Below are positions 19,391 to 28,993 of a DNA stretch of 44,672 nucleotides, one piece after another. The stretch is from Candidatus Fraserbacteria bacterium. GTDB taxonomy: Bacteria > Bipolaricaulota > Bipolaricaulia > RBG-16-55-9. The stretch covers positions 1-44,672 of the forward strand of contig JBBIPG010000014.1 of assembly GCA_037442925.1 (NCBI GenBank), given 5' to 3'. The notes beneath the pieces were generated by a model. That model made no database searches and had not been told where the DNA came from. It was given only the letters and a program-made list of their open reading frames with translations. Position 1 is the stretch's first letter; every line of letters starts with the position of its first letter. Both the position numbers and the translations under genes were made by a program.

Positions 19391-20416
19391 ATGGATCGGC
19401 CCAAAGTGATCTTGGATACCCAAGGAGGCGACCGTGGTCCAGCGGAGATCATCTACGGGGGCCTCAAGGCAGCGAATGCCTTCGATGCCGATGTGATCTT
19501 CGCCGGCGATCAGAGCACGATCGAGGGTGAGATGAGCCGGCGCGCCAAGAGGCGCTTCACCATCCTTCACGCTCCCGAAATCGTCACCATGGAGGACGTG
19601 CCTACGGATGCCGTGCGCCACAAGAGAGAAAGCTCTCTGGTCAAGGGCATTGAATTCGTGCGTCAGGGGCTGGCCGACGCCTTCGTCAGTCCGGCGAACA
19701 CCGGTGCCGTTATGGCCGCTTCGCTGCTCACTCTGGGACGCATCCGCAGGATAGATCGTCCGGGCATCGCTGCCGTCATCCCCACGGTCTATGGTCGCAA
19801 CGTGCTCATCATCGACGTGGGAGCCAATGTCGATTGCGATGCCGAGAATCTAAAAGAGTTCGCCATCATGGGAACGGTCTACGCGCAGGAGATTCTGGGT
19901 GTGGCAGAGCCCAAAGTCGGACTGCTCAATATCGGCAGCGAGCGGCGCAAAGGCAACGAATTGGCTCTTAAGACCTTCTTCCTGCTCGAGCGTCTGGGTA
20001 ACTTCGCGGGCAACGTCGAGGGTCACCAGATTCTCGAAGGTCAAGTCGATGTGGTGGTCTGTGATGGTTTTGCGGGGAATGTGCTGCTCAAGGCGTATGA
20101 AGGAGGAACAGCCGCAACGGTTGAGTTTTTGACCCGGGCGATTCAAAAAGACTTCTATGCGCGGCTTGGCGCGTTTATCTTGCTACCCGCCTTAAGGAAC
20201 TTCAAACGCAGCATCAGTGCCGCTCGTTACGGAGGGGCACCGCTCTTAGGCGTCAAGGGAGTTGTGATCATCGCACACGGCAATTCCGATGCGGAAGCCA
20301 TCAAGAACGCCGTTCGTGTGGCTGTCGAATCCGTGCGGCACCAGCTCGTCGCCAAGATCGAGCGAGGTCTGGCAGAGCATCTGCCTCATTCGACGGCGAG
20401 GGAAGTGACTACGTGA
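19391..20416 (+). CDS. plsX: Phosphate acyltransferase
   Basis: [42 protein letters not shown]. Confidence 0.96.
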   Translation: MDRPKVILDTQGGDRGPAEIIYGGLKAANAFDADVIFAGDQSTIEGEMSRRAKRRFTILHAPEIVTMEDVPTDAVRHKRESSLVKGIEFVRQGLADAFVSPANTGAVMAASLLTLGRIRRIDRPGIAAVIPTVYGRNVLIIDVGANVDCDAENLKEFAIMGTVYAQEILGVAEPKVGLLNIGSERRKGNELALKTFFLLERLGNFAGNVEGHQILEGQVDVVVCDGFAGNVLLKAYEGGTAATVEFLTRAIQKDFYARLGAFILLPALRNFKRSISAARYGGAPLLGVKGVVIIAHGNSDAEAIKNAVRVAVESVRHQLVAKIERGLAEHLPHSTAREVTT

Positions 20417-21399
20417 AGGGGCTGCCCGGGATCGCTGGCATTGGGGCTGCGGTGCCCGACTTGGTTCTCACCAATGCCGATCTGGAGAAGATGGTCGATA
20501 CCTCTGACCACTGGATCACAACTCGCACGGGGATCAAAGAGCGGCGCATCCTCAAAGAGAGTGAAGATCCAGCTGATCTGGGTGTGCTGGCGGCCAAGAG
20601 AGCGCTCGAGCAAGCCGGGCTTCCCCCAAAAGATCTTGATTTTCTCATCACGGCGACGAATCTTCCCGAGATGCCCGTCCCTGGGTCCTCGCCCTTCATT
20701 TGTGAGGGGCTCAAGATCGGGAAAGATGTTCCATTCTTCGATTTGATCGCAGGCTGTACGGGATTCGTCTATGCACTTAAGGTAGCGGGGGATCTCGTGC
20801 AGTCTGGGAGCTATCAGAATATTCTCGTCGTGGGGCTGGAGGCGCTCTCTCGGTTTACCGATTGGGAGGACCGCTCGACGTGTGTGCTCTTTGGAGATGG
20901 AGCCGGGGCTGCCGTGGTGCGTGCCATGCCGGATGGTCGGGGCATCTTGGCCTCGTGTCTATCGGCTGATAGCTCCAAATGGGGGCTCTTATATATGGAT
21001 GGTGGGGGGATCAAATACCCGGCAAGCGCCAAGACCATCGAGCGGCGGATGCACTATCTCAAGATGGAGGGTGGAGGCGTCTTCAAGAGTGCCGTCACCA
21101 TGATGGAGATGACGACACAAAAAGCGTTAGAGGACGCGGGTCTTGCGAAAGAAGACGTCGATTGGGTGGTCCCACATCAAGCCAACATGAGAATCATCAA
21201 GGCGTTTGCAGAGCGCTACGAGGTCCCTATGGAGAAGATCATCGTCAACATCGAGCGTTATGGGAATACCTCGACGGCCTCCATCCCCATTGCACTTACA
21301 GAGGCTGTGGCAGATGGCCGGATCAAACCGGGCCAGATTGTAGTATTAAACGCCTTTGGAGCAGGCGTCACCTACGGCGCTGTCGTGCTGCGGTGGTAA
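20413..21399 (+). CDS. fabH: Beta-ketoacyl-ACP synthase III
   Basis: AGCTGF (catalytic Cys), LFGDGAGA, PHQAN, YGNTS. Confidence 0.96.
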   Translation: MKGLPGIAGIGAAVPDLVLTNADLEKMVDTSDHWITTRTGIKERRILKESEDPADLGVLAAKRALEQAGLPPKDLDFLITATNLPEMPVPGSSPFICEGLKIGKDVPFFDLIAGCTGFVYALKVAGDLVQSGSYQNILVVGLEALSRFTDWEDRSTCVLFGDGAGAAVVRAMPDGRGILASCLSADSSKWGLLYMDGGGIKYPASAKTIERRMHYLKMEGGGVFKSAVTMMEMTTQKALEDAGLAKEDVDWVVPHQANMRIIKAFAERYEVPMEKIIVNIERYGNTSTASIPIALTEAVADGRIKPGQIVVLNAFGAGVTYGAVVLRW

Positions 21400-21412
21400 G
21401 CCTCCAGAAAGC

Positions 21413-22300
21413 ATGAAGATCGCCTTCGTCTACCCCGGCCAAGGTTCTCAATCTGTGGGCATGGGCAAGAACCTCTATGAGCGTTTTCCACAGCGAACTG
21501 AGCCGTTCTATCAATGTGCTCAGAAAACCCTTGGGTTCGATGTGAAACAACTCATCTTCGAAGGACCCGCTGAAAGGCTCACGCTTACAGAGAACGCTCA
21601 GCCCGCCATTCTCTTAGATAGCGTCATCAAGTTTGAGCTTCTTAAAGATCGCATCCAGCCCGATGTGGCGGCGGGCCACAGTCTGGGTGAGTATTCGGCT
21701 CTCGTCAGCGCCGGAGTGATTTCACTCGAAGACGCTCTGCAGCTGGTACATAAGCGCGGGCAGTATATGCAGGAGGCGGTGCCCGTGGGTCAAGGCGCAA
21801 TGGTCGCGATTCTGAAAGTTGAGTCAGAAAGAGTCGAAGAGATTTGCCAAGCAACAGGTGCAGAAATTGCTAACTTCAATGCTCCGGGACAGATCGTGAT
21901 CTCCGGCGAGCGGGAGAGGGTACTGCAAGCTAAGAAACAAGCAGAAGAGGCGGGAGGCCGAGGCATCGAACTGGAAGTCTCAGCTCCCTTCCACTCTTCC
22001 CTCATGGCTCCGGCCGAGGAACGTCTCCAGCGGGACATCGAGCGCGTGGTCTTTCAGAGCCCAGCTTTCCCCGTGATCTCCACGGTCAGCGGCCAGCCGG
22101 AGAGCGATCCCGAGCGGCTGAAAGCGCTCTTGATGAGGCAGATCACCAGTCAAGTCCGTTGGGTGGAGTACATAAAAACAATGAAAGCTCTGGGGATAAG
22201 GCAGCTTATCGAAGTGGGTGCAGGGGAAGTGCTCACCCGCCTCAACCGCCGGATCGACTCCGAGATGGAATCGCTTGCCTTCACGGCCGTCTTCCCATAG
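21413..22300 (+). CDS. fabD: Malonyl-CoA:ACP transacylase
   Basis: PGQGSQ, GHSLGEY, VSAPFHS; start at MKIAFV. Confidence 0.96.
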   Translation: MKIAFVYPGQGSQSVGMGKNLYERFPQRTEPFYQCAQKTLGFDVKQLIFEGPAERLTLTENAQPAILLDSVIKFELLKDRIQPDVAAGHSLGEYSALVSAGVISLEDALQLVHKRGQYMQEAVPVGQGAMVAILKVESERVEEICQATGAEIANFNAPGQIVISGERERVLQAKKQAEEAGGRGIELEVSAPFHSSLMAPAEERLQRDIERVVFQSPAFPVISTVSGQPESDPERLKALLMRQITSQVRWVEYIKTMKALGIRQLIEVGAGEVLTRLNRRIDSEMESLAFTAVFP

Positions 22301-22344
22301 GGATTGCCTTTCGATCAGAGACCTGCTACAAAGGATTCCAACAT

Positions 22345-23082
22345 ATGAGAGACTTCGAGCATCGAGTGGCCATTGTGACCGGTGGGACAGGAGCCATTGG
22401 CCAAGCCATCACGAAAGAATTGATCGCCGGAGGCGCCTGGGTGGCGCTCGTCGCCCGCGACGTAGAGAAGGGTCGAGCGGTCGAGCGCGAGTTCAAGGGG
22501 AGCGCCCGTTTCTATCCCGTGGATGTGACCCAGGGGCTTGAGATCGAGAGGCTCTTTAAAGAGATCTACGAAGAGCGCAGCCGTATTGATTATTTGGTCA
22601 ACAATGCCGGAGCCATGCGGGATAATCTGCTCGTGCGCATGAAGGACGAGGAATGGGATCTGGTCATCGAGACGAACTTGAAAGGAGCGTTCTATTGCAC
22701 CAAGACTGCGGTGCGCTATATGCTCAAGGCTCGCGCAGGGAGCATCGTGAATGTAAGCTCTGTCTCCGGACAGCTCGGTGTGCCCGGCCAAGCGAATTAT
22801 TCTACGGCTAAGGCGGGACTCGCTGGGTTTACGCGCAGCGTAGCACGGGAATTGGCCTCCCGTGGAATTCGAGCCAATGCGGTTGCCCCTGGTTTCATCG
22901 ACGCCGGGATGACTCGCGGCTTGGATCCGACGGTGAAGGAAGGTTATTTGCAGCAGATCCCGCTGGGCCGCTTTGGTCAGGCGGAGGAAGTGGCCCACCT
23001 GGTCTGCTTCTTGCTTTCGGATCGGGCTTCGTATATAACGGGACAGATCTTCAATGTGGATGGAGGCTTGGCTATGGGCTAA
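22345..23082 (+). CDS. fabG: 3-oxoacyl-ACP reductase
   Basis: TGGTGAIG, NNAG, GQANYSTAK, YITGQ; position within the fab operon. Confidence 0.93.
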   Translation: MRDFEHRVAIVTGGTGAIGQAITKELIAGGAWVALVARDVEKGRAVEREFKGSARFYPVDVTQGLEIERLFKEIYEERSRIDYLVNNAGAMRDNLLVRMKDEEWDLVIETNLKGAFYCTKTAVRYMLKARAGSIVNVSSVSGQLGVPGQANYSTAKAGLAGFTRSVARELASRGIRANAVAPGFIDAGMTRGLDPTVKEGYLQQIPLGRFGQAEEVAHLVCFLLSDRASYITGQIFNVDGGLAMG

Positions 23083-23145
23083 GGCGGTTTCGCCTAGCCC
23101 CAGGCAGGCCACACAACTCAACACGGGAAGAGGGAGGTGTCGTAG

Positions 23146-23412
23146 ATGGCCGACATCGAGGAACGATTGAAGAAAATCATCGCTGAGCAGCTCATGGTGG
23201 AGGAGGATGAGATCACCCGCGATGCCTCGTTTGTGGATTCGCTGGGCGCGGACTCACTCGATACGGTCGAAATGATCATGGAGATCGAGGACGAGTTCGG
23301 CATCGAGATCCCGGATGAGGACGCGGAAAAACTCGTCACCGTGGGCGAAGCGATTGACTACGTCAAGCACAAGGTCGAGGAGAAGGAAGGCCAGACGGAA
23401 GCGGCCGACTGA
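23146..23412 (+). CDS. acpP: Acyl carrier protein
   Basis: [10 protein letters not shown] phosphopantetheine site; GGAGGT RBS. Confidence 0.97.
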   Translation: MADIEERLKKIIAEQLMVEEDEITRDASFVDSLGADSLDTVEMIMEIEDEFGIEIPDEDAEKLVTVGEAIDYVKHKVEEKEGQTEAAD

Positions 23413-23419
23413 GACCTCT

Positions 23420-25570
23420 CTAGTTGCCCTCCACGTTGAGTTGAGTGAGGATCGGCTCCGCAAGTCTGCACTGGCTTGTTAAGAGGTTCACGGTGGGCTG
23501 CGGGGGCACAGCAGTGGGTTGCTGGATGTTGGAGAGCATCAGATTCAGGGGATCTTGAGCCACTTCGGGAATGCCTTGCTGATCGGTGTGCTGTAGCCCG
23601 AAATTGTGGCCGAACTCATGGGCAATCGCTGTAATCAGGCGCTTGGGTGGCAGGATCTCGCTGGTCTCGTCATTCACTACGAAAATGTCGTCCCACCGCA
23701 CGAGCGAGACTCGGCCGCTAATGGTAGTCACTCCGCCGAAGTTTCTCTCATCTCCTGGCTGAAGGACGAGTCGAGCACCCGTGATGAAGACGCTCAGTGC
23801 CCGTGGATCCAAGCGCCCCCCTTGAGCTTCGAGCTCGCGCTCAAGAGGCCCAAGCGCTTCGGTGAGCAGATCGAGCGGACGCTGGCGAGTAGGATCAGAG
23901 ATCGCAATCTCGGGAAACTCTCGCTCTCTTACAAAGAGAAGTCTATCGAGGTTCCCCCCACTGAGCTGGATCTTCTCGGGTGGGACGACGGCTACGTTCT
24001 GCAATCGATATGCGACTCCGCACTGATCCCAGATGCCCGTAACGGCTGGAATGATCTGTCTCTCGATGGCCTTCTGCAGTTCGGCGCGAGGTCGACCCAG
24101 CAAAGCTCCCTCTGAAGAGAAGATGGCTCCTTCCACCAGCGCTGTAGCGCCATCCTGCAAGAGGAACAGATTGACTCCTAAAGTGTACTCAGTCGGGCGG
24201 ACCACGGCCTGCTCTTCGTCGTAGTTGCCTTGGGGGGGGTCACCACACGTAAACGAGACGGCTCTGGGTTCGCTGCGGTTGCCCGTTTGATCGAGGAGAA
24301 CGAGTTTCAAAGTGATCTGTTGCGAGATGGTGCACGAGACAGAGAAGGAGAAGCTGCCTTCGCTCTTGCCCAGCTGATCATCCAGCTTGACCGTAAAGGG
24401 ATCGTATTTGCCATCGATGACGCGAAAACGGGCTTCCTTCAAGTCTCCGTTGGGGTCTCGAAAGCGGACCATCCCGGGAACAGAGAGACCATTGGGCGCA
24501 ATCTGTTGCGGCAACTCTACAGCTAACACGGCGGGAGCCGAGTCGGCAGCTGAAGTCACTTGAGGAAAAGAGAACTTCTGAATGCGATTGTTGTTGAGAT
24601 CTGCCACGTAGACGTTACCACGGCTGTCGAGCGCGACGCCTACAGGGTTATCAAACTCTCCAGGCCCCTTACCCAAGCGGCCCCATTTGAGCAGATATTC
24701 TCCTGTAGGTGTGAAGACCTGAATCCGCTTGTTAGCGGAATCAGCCAGGTAGACTCTTCCGGCGGCGTCGAAGGCAATTCCCCAAGAGGAGGAGAGCTGG
24801 CCATCTCCGCTCTCCAAGGGACCAGCCCCATCAGGGTCTTTGCACCCTTGGCCGGGATGAATGTATAGATCGCAGAACGTGCCCCATTTGCGAACGAATG
24901 TCCCATCCGGAGTAAAAACCTGCACACGATAGCCCAGCGAGTCGACCACGTAAAGCTCGCCGTTCGGAGCAACTCCCACTCCCGTGGGGCCGGTGAACTG
25001 TCCGTCTCCGATGCCCAGTCCTCCCCAACTGCTGATCAGTTGTCCTTCCTTGGAAAACTTGTAAACCATGTTCGCGTTGAGGTCCGTGACATAGACTTGG
25101 CTTTGAGAGTCGACGGCGATTCCCCAGGGAGTGAAGGGAGTGGTGCTATCTCTTAAGGGGCCGCGCCACGAGCGCAGGAATTCTCCCGTAGCACTGAAGA
25201 CCTGAACGCGATAGTTGAAGGCATCGGCCACGTAGACGGCGCCTTCCGGTCCGATGGCAATGCCGACAGGGCCTCGGAATTGACCTGCAGCGAAACCAAG
25301 GCCGCCCCAACCTATCAGAAACTCTCCTTCAGCGGAGAAGACCTGAATACGATTGTTCCCGTAGTCGGCCACGTAGATGCGGTCTCCGGAGCCTACGGCA
25401 ATGCCCCAGGGCATGAAGAGTTGGCCTGGACCCAGACCTCGGCCACCCCATTCGCGCACAAAATCCGGAGGAGCAGTGAGAGGAGCGGCGTCTTCGGCCG
25501 AAAGGGGACCGCTACTAAGTGACAACAAGACAAGAGCGCTGAAGAGCTTGACCCAGTGATGGAATCGCAT
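23420..25570 (-). CDS. Secreted NHL-repeat beta-propeller protein with C-terminal metzincin-type zinc protease domain
   Basis: Signal peptide after GGAGGA RBS, about six NHL repeats (P.GIAV...YVAD..N.RIQ.F), HEFGHNFGLQH with downstream NLM Met-turn. Confidence 0.85.
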   Translation of the reverse strand: MRFHHWVKLFSALVLLSLSSGPLSAEDAAPLTAPPDFVREWGGRGLGPGQLFMPWGIAVGSGDRIYVADYGNNRIQVFSAEGEFLIGWGGLGFAAGQFRGPVGIAIGPEGAVYVADAFNYRVQVFSATGEFLRSWRGPLRDSTTPFTPWGIAVDSQSQVYVTDLNANMVYKFSKEGQLISSWGGLGIGDGQFTGPTGVGVAPNGELYVVDSLGYRVQVFTPDGTFVRKWGTFCDLYIHPGQGCKDPDGAGPLESGDGQLSSSWGIAFDAAGRVYLADSANKRIQVFTPTGEYLLKWGRLGKGPGEFDNPVGVALDSRGNVYVADLNNNRIQKFSFPQVTSAADSAPAVLAVELPQQIAPNGLSVPGMVRFRDPNGDLKEARFRVIDGKYDPFTVKLDDQLGKSEGSFSFSVSCTISQQITLKLVLLDQTGNRSEPRAVSFTCGDPPQGNYDEEQAVVRPTEYTLGVNLFLLQDGATALVEGAIFSSEGALLGRPRAELQKAIERQIIPAVTGIWDQCGVAYRLQNVAVVPPEKIQLSGGNLDRLLFVREREFPEIAISDPTRQRPLDLLTEALGPLERELEAQGGRLDPRALSVFITGARLVLQPGDERNFGGVTTISGRVSLVRWDDIFVVNDETSEILPPKRLITAIAHEFGHNFGLQHTDQQGIPEVAQDPLNLMLSNIQQPTAVPPQPTVNLLTSQCRLAEPILTQLNVEGN

Positions 25571-25607
25571 CGTTTCCTCCATGCCGGTTATTTCTGTTCC
25601 CGTGCCC

Positions 25608-25670
25608 ATGCTAGAGAGAGGGAGCAGAGTTGTCAAGGGGTTTGCAACACATTTCCCGACCATCTAAGCT
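25608..25670. promoter_or_regulatory. Back-to-back sigma70 promoters for the NHL gene and hisS
   Basis: Minus strand TTGACA-17-TAGCAT (25636-25608); plus strand TTGCAA-17-TAAGCT (25642-25670). Confidence 0.65.
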
Positions 25671-25680
25671 AGAGAGCATC

Positions 25681-26985
25681 ATGGAACTTAAGCTGCCACG
25701 GGGGATGCGGGATCTTCCTCCTGAAGAGAAGATCCTGCGAGAGGAAGTGCTCGCGCTGCTCAAGGGAGTGTTCGAGCGATACGGTTTCAGCCCTCTGGAG
25801 ACGCCCATTGTGGAGCGATGGGAAGTTCTGGCTGCTAAATACGCAGGCGGTGAAGAAATCCTCAAAGAGACGTTCCGGCTGCGCGACCAGGGGGGACGAG
25901 AACTGGGGCTACGCTACGATCACACAGTGCCCTTAGCCCGCTTTGTGGGAATGAACCCTACCATCAAGCGCCCGTTCAAGCGCTATGCCATTGGGCAGAT
26001 CTATCGGGACGGGCCGATCAAGCAGGGGCGCACACGCGAGTTTTATCAGTGTGATGTGGATACGGTGGGCGCACACTCTCCCTTGGCGGATGCAGAGTTT
26101 ATTTTGATGACACTGGAGATCTTCCATCGTCTGGGTATTCAGATTGAGATCTGGGTGAACCACCGCCAGTTGCTTAACGATCTGGCTGTTGCCGCGGGTG
26201 TGCCAGCAGGGTTGAGGAATTCAGCCATTCTTGTGCTGGACAAGCTGGAGAAGATCGGGCGTGAGGCTGTACTCAAGGAACTGCAAGAGAAAGGTCTCGA
26301 TCTACAGCCAGCGGGTCGGTGGTTGGAGATGCTGCGTGTTGTGGGCAACAACGAGAAGATTCTCGCAGCCCTTCGCCAAGAAATTCCAGAGAGTGAAGGC
26401 CTAAGAGAACTCCAACAGTTGTTTGAATACTTGCCGAACTGTCAAGAGATCCGTGTCGTACCCTCGCTGGCTCGTGGGCTTGGCTACTACACGGGCGTGC
26501 TCTTCGAAGTGAAGAGTCTCGATCCGCCTTTGGATGGTTCTGTGGCAGGTGGAGGCCGTTGGGACGACATGATCGGCGATTTCTTGGGGAGCAATGAAAA
26601 ATATCCCGCGGTCGGGATTTCATTTGGGCTGGAACCGATTCTAGCACTTCTCAAGACCCTTCGAGCCGCACCGAGAAAGACCGTCACGCAAGTCTATGTC
26701 ATCCCCATTGGCCTCAAGAAAGAGGGGCTTGAGATCGCACAGCAGCTACGTCAAGCTGGAATCAAAGTTGACCTCGATTTGGCAGGCAAGGGGATCAGTG
26801 ACAACTTGCGCTACGCCAATTCGTACGGGATTCCTTATGCCCTGCTCGTCGGTGTGGAAGAGATGAAACAACAGAAAGTCAAGCTACGGGATATGAGATC
26901 CGGAGAGGAAGAGATGCTACCACTCGAACAAGCCATCGAGCGGCTTAAGACAACAGATGCTAGATCTGAGGTGGGAGAGGAGTAA
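25681..26985 (+). CDS. hisS: Histidine--tRNA ligase
   Basis: PRGMRD, LRYDHTVP, GRTREFYQCDVD, LARGLGYYTG, GGGRWD, anticodon-binding domain. Confidence 0.96.
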   Translation: MELKLPRGMRDLPPEEKILREEVLALLKGVFERYGFSPLETPIVERWEVLAAKYAGGEEILKETFRLRDQGGRELGLRYDHTVPLARFVGMNPTIKRPFKRYAIGQIYRDGPIKQGRTREFYQCDVDTVGAHSPLADAEFILMTLEIFHRLGIQIEIWVNHRQLLNDLAVAAGVPAGLRNSAILVLDKLEKIGREAVLKELQEKGLDLQPAGRWLEMLRVVGNNEKILAALRQEIPESEGLRELQQLFEYLPNCQEIRVVPSLARGLGYYTGVLFEVKSLDPPLDGSVAGGGRWDDMIGDFLGSNEKYPAVGISFGLEPILALLKTLRAAPRKTVTQVYVIPIGLKKEGLEIAQQLRQAGIKVDLDLAGKGISDNLRYANSYGIPYALLVGVEEMKQQKVKLRDMRSGEEEMLPLEQAIERLKTTDARSEVGEE

Positions 26986-27006
26986 TTTTAAGAAGGAGAT
27001 GCCCTT

Positions 27007-27471
27007 ATGAACAAGAACTTCACTCGCAGAGAGTTTCTAAGAGTCAGTAGCTTCTTGGGTGTAAGTGGGCTCTTTGGGCTGGAGAGCTGTGATCAGCTCT
27101 TCCAGCCGGCTGCGACGCAACCACAACTCGCGTTTCGGCAGCTAGAGTCCAGCTGCGCATCGGCCGATGAGATGGTTCAGCTGCAGGGGGACTTCGGGCG
27201 GATCGAGTTCGTAGGCCTGATGAATACGCCTACTCCTTGCTACAATCTGCACGCGGAGCTTCGTGCGATGCGGTGTGGGCCCACATCTCGGTGCCCCAAT
27301 ACGTATGAGATCGCCATCACAGCCATAGCTCAGGATGTCAACTGCATTGAGTGTGTGGGGACAGTTCCCTATGAGGGAGAGATTCGTGGTCTTGCCCCTG
27401 GGATGTACACGATCGTTGTCAGTCATGATGATCGCCGGGTTGCCGATGAGCTAGTGGATGTGGGGAAATGA
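27007..27471 (+). CDS. Tat-exported Cys-rich protein, possibly a lipoprotein
   Basis: TRREFL twin-arginine signal, GLES-C, TPTPCY and CIEC motifs; AAGGAG RBS. Confidence 0.7.
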   Translation: MNKNFTRREFLRVSSFLGVSGLFGLESCDQLFQPAATQPQLAFRQLESSCASADEMVQLQGDFGRIEFVGLMNTPTPCYNLHAELRAMRCGPTSRCPNTYEIAITAIAQDVNCIECVGTVPYEGEIRGLAPGMYTIVVSHDDRRVADELVDVGK

Positions 27472-27507
27472 CAACCTCGGAACGAGAGGATTTGGCCCGT
27501 CAGACCG

Positions 27508-27807
27508 CTATCTCCTAATGACGTGTCTCAGCAGTTCATAGAAGTTCTGGCGCGGATGAACGAGCACAATCTCAATTAGCTCTTCCCGTTCCTTGATACG
27601 GTAGGCTATGCGATAAGCTGTTCCCTTGAAAGAGAACTTGTATGAACGCAGCCCCTTAAGCGCACCTTTCAGTTCCTCGTGCTTGTAGGGATCCTCGGCT
27701 AGTTTGATCGCTTCTCCTTTGACTTTCTCCTGCAAGAGTGGGGCGAACTTCTTGAAGCGGCGGTGGGCCGCCGGGGCCATAACGACCCGATAGGTCTTAC
27801 CATTCAT
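27508..27807 (-). CDS. RelE/ParE-family toxin
   Basis: LKGALKGLRSYKF...YRIAYRI...VHPRQNFY; basic ~99 aa, overlaps the antitoxin stop. Confidence 0.88.
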   Translation of the reverse strand: MNGKTYRVVMAPAAHRRFKKFAPLLQEKVKGEAIKLAEDPYKHEELKGALKGLRSYKFSFKGTAYRIAYRIKEREELIEIVLVHPRQNFYELLRHVIRR

Positions 27808-27991
27808 CCAAGGGGATGCTTTGTCCTTCATCAAGCTCTTTCACGGAAGTCTTGATGATCCTCATAGCCTCTTCGTCAAGCAGAAGCTCAAGAGTCTCAA
27901 CTTCGGTAGGGCTGAGGCTTTTCAAGAGATGAGCCAGTCGTTGTAGATTGATCAACTCTACCTTATCCAGCTGCTGTAAAGCTCCTTTCAT
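27797..27991 (-). CDS. Putative antitoxin
   Basis: 64 aa with acidic C-terminus ETLELLLDEEAM...ELDEGQSIPLDEW, directly upstream of the toxin. Confidence 0.8.
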   Translation of the reverse strand: MKGALQQLDKVELINLQRLAHLLKSLSPTEVETLELLLDEEAMRIIKTSVKELDEGQSIPLDEW

Positions 27992-28053
27992 GTGGGAGCC
28001 ACCTTTCTTCGCCTTGAAATTCGCCAGTTCATTCTAACAACAGTTTCATCGGT

Positions 28054-28957
28054 TTGTCCAGCACCCAAACAGCCCACACGCAGCCTGTAGGGCTCGTTGG
28101 TTGGTGGAAATTCGATGAGGGCACCGGAACTGCTGCCTTGGATTCATCCGGCAATGGCAATCATGGCACGATCTACAACGGAGCAGCTTATGTTCCCGGC
28201 GTCTCCGGCACGGCCCTCGAGTTCGATGGCACAGACGATTATGTGGAAGTGCCGCACAGCTCCAGCCTGAACGCTGGTAATCAAATCACCGTCGAGTTCT
28301 GGATGAAGACAACACAAGTAGGACCACCTGAAGGCAATGTGCCTATCACTAAAACGGATGGAACAGCCGCGACGGGACGGCAAGCCCAAGTCCGTTACGA
28401 TACCGGCGTAGGTTTGGTAGGCTTCGGTGTAGGCAATGGGAATAGCTGGGAGTTGTCAGGACCGCACTCTCAGACGGCTGTCAATGATGGCATATGGCAT
28501 CAGGTGGTTGGCACCTATGATAGGGTTCTTGGGCAGCTGAACATATACGTTGATGGCAGACTAGAGGGCACGGTAAGCGGAAGCACTTTCCAGAACCGGA
28601 TGCTGGATAACTCCGAAACCCCTCTGGTTTGGTCAACCCAAGTGGGCTAGCTGGGCGGGGCAGAGGTATCAAGGGGTACTCGATGAGATTCGCATCTACA
28701 ACCGCGTGCTATCAGAAAGCGAGGTCTTGACGCGATGCCAGCAGAGCGCACCGCCGGGCGTGGTATGTGGCACCTCATTGCTTATGAAAGGCGACGTCAA
28801 TGGCGATGGCAAAGTCAACGTGATCGACGCCCGCATGTGTCTTCAATTCTCCTTAGGTCTGATCCCACTCACCTCTGAACAACAACAAGTTGGCGATGTA
28901 GACAATGATCATAATCGAGGTTCCTTTGACGTTCTGGCCAACTACATAGTATTCTGA
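28054..28957 (+). pseudogene. Frameshifted, truncated LamG (concanavalin-like) plus dockerin-type gene
   Basis: LVGWWKFDEGTG...WHQVVGTYD...YVDG; the LamG end YQGVLDEIRIYNRVLSESEV lies in the +1 frame from ~28631 and continues into GDVNGDGKVNVIDA; no clear start or signal peptide. Confidence 0.75.
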
Positions 28958-28993
28958 GTCTCAATCACAACTCGTTTCAGCAAAGGAGTTTCG

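Noticed and set aside
19118..19621. N-terminal extension of the 314-aa GAF ORF
   Set aside because: It overlaps tRNA-Leu, two promoters and plsX antisense; the real start is probably 19117
24580..25460. Repetitive DNA suggestive of a repeat array
   Set aside because: Explained by protein-level NHL repeats; no CRISPR-like repeat-spacer structure was seen anywhere in the window
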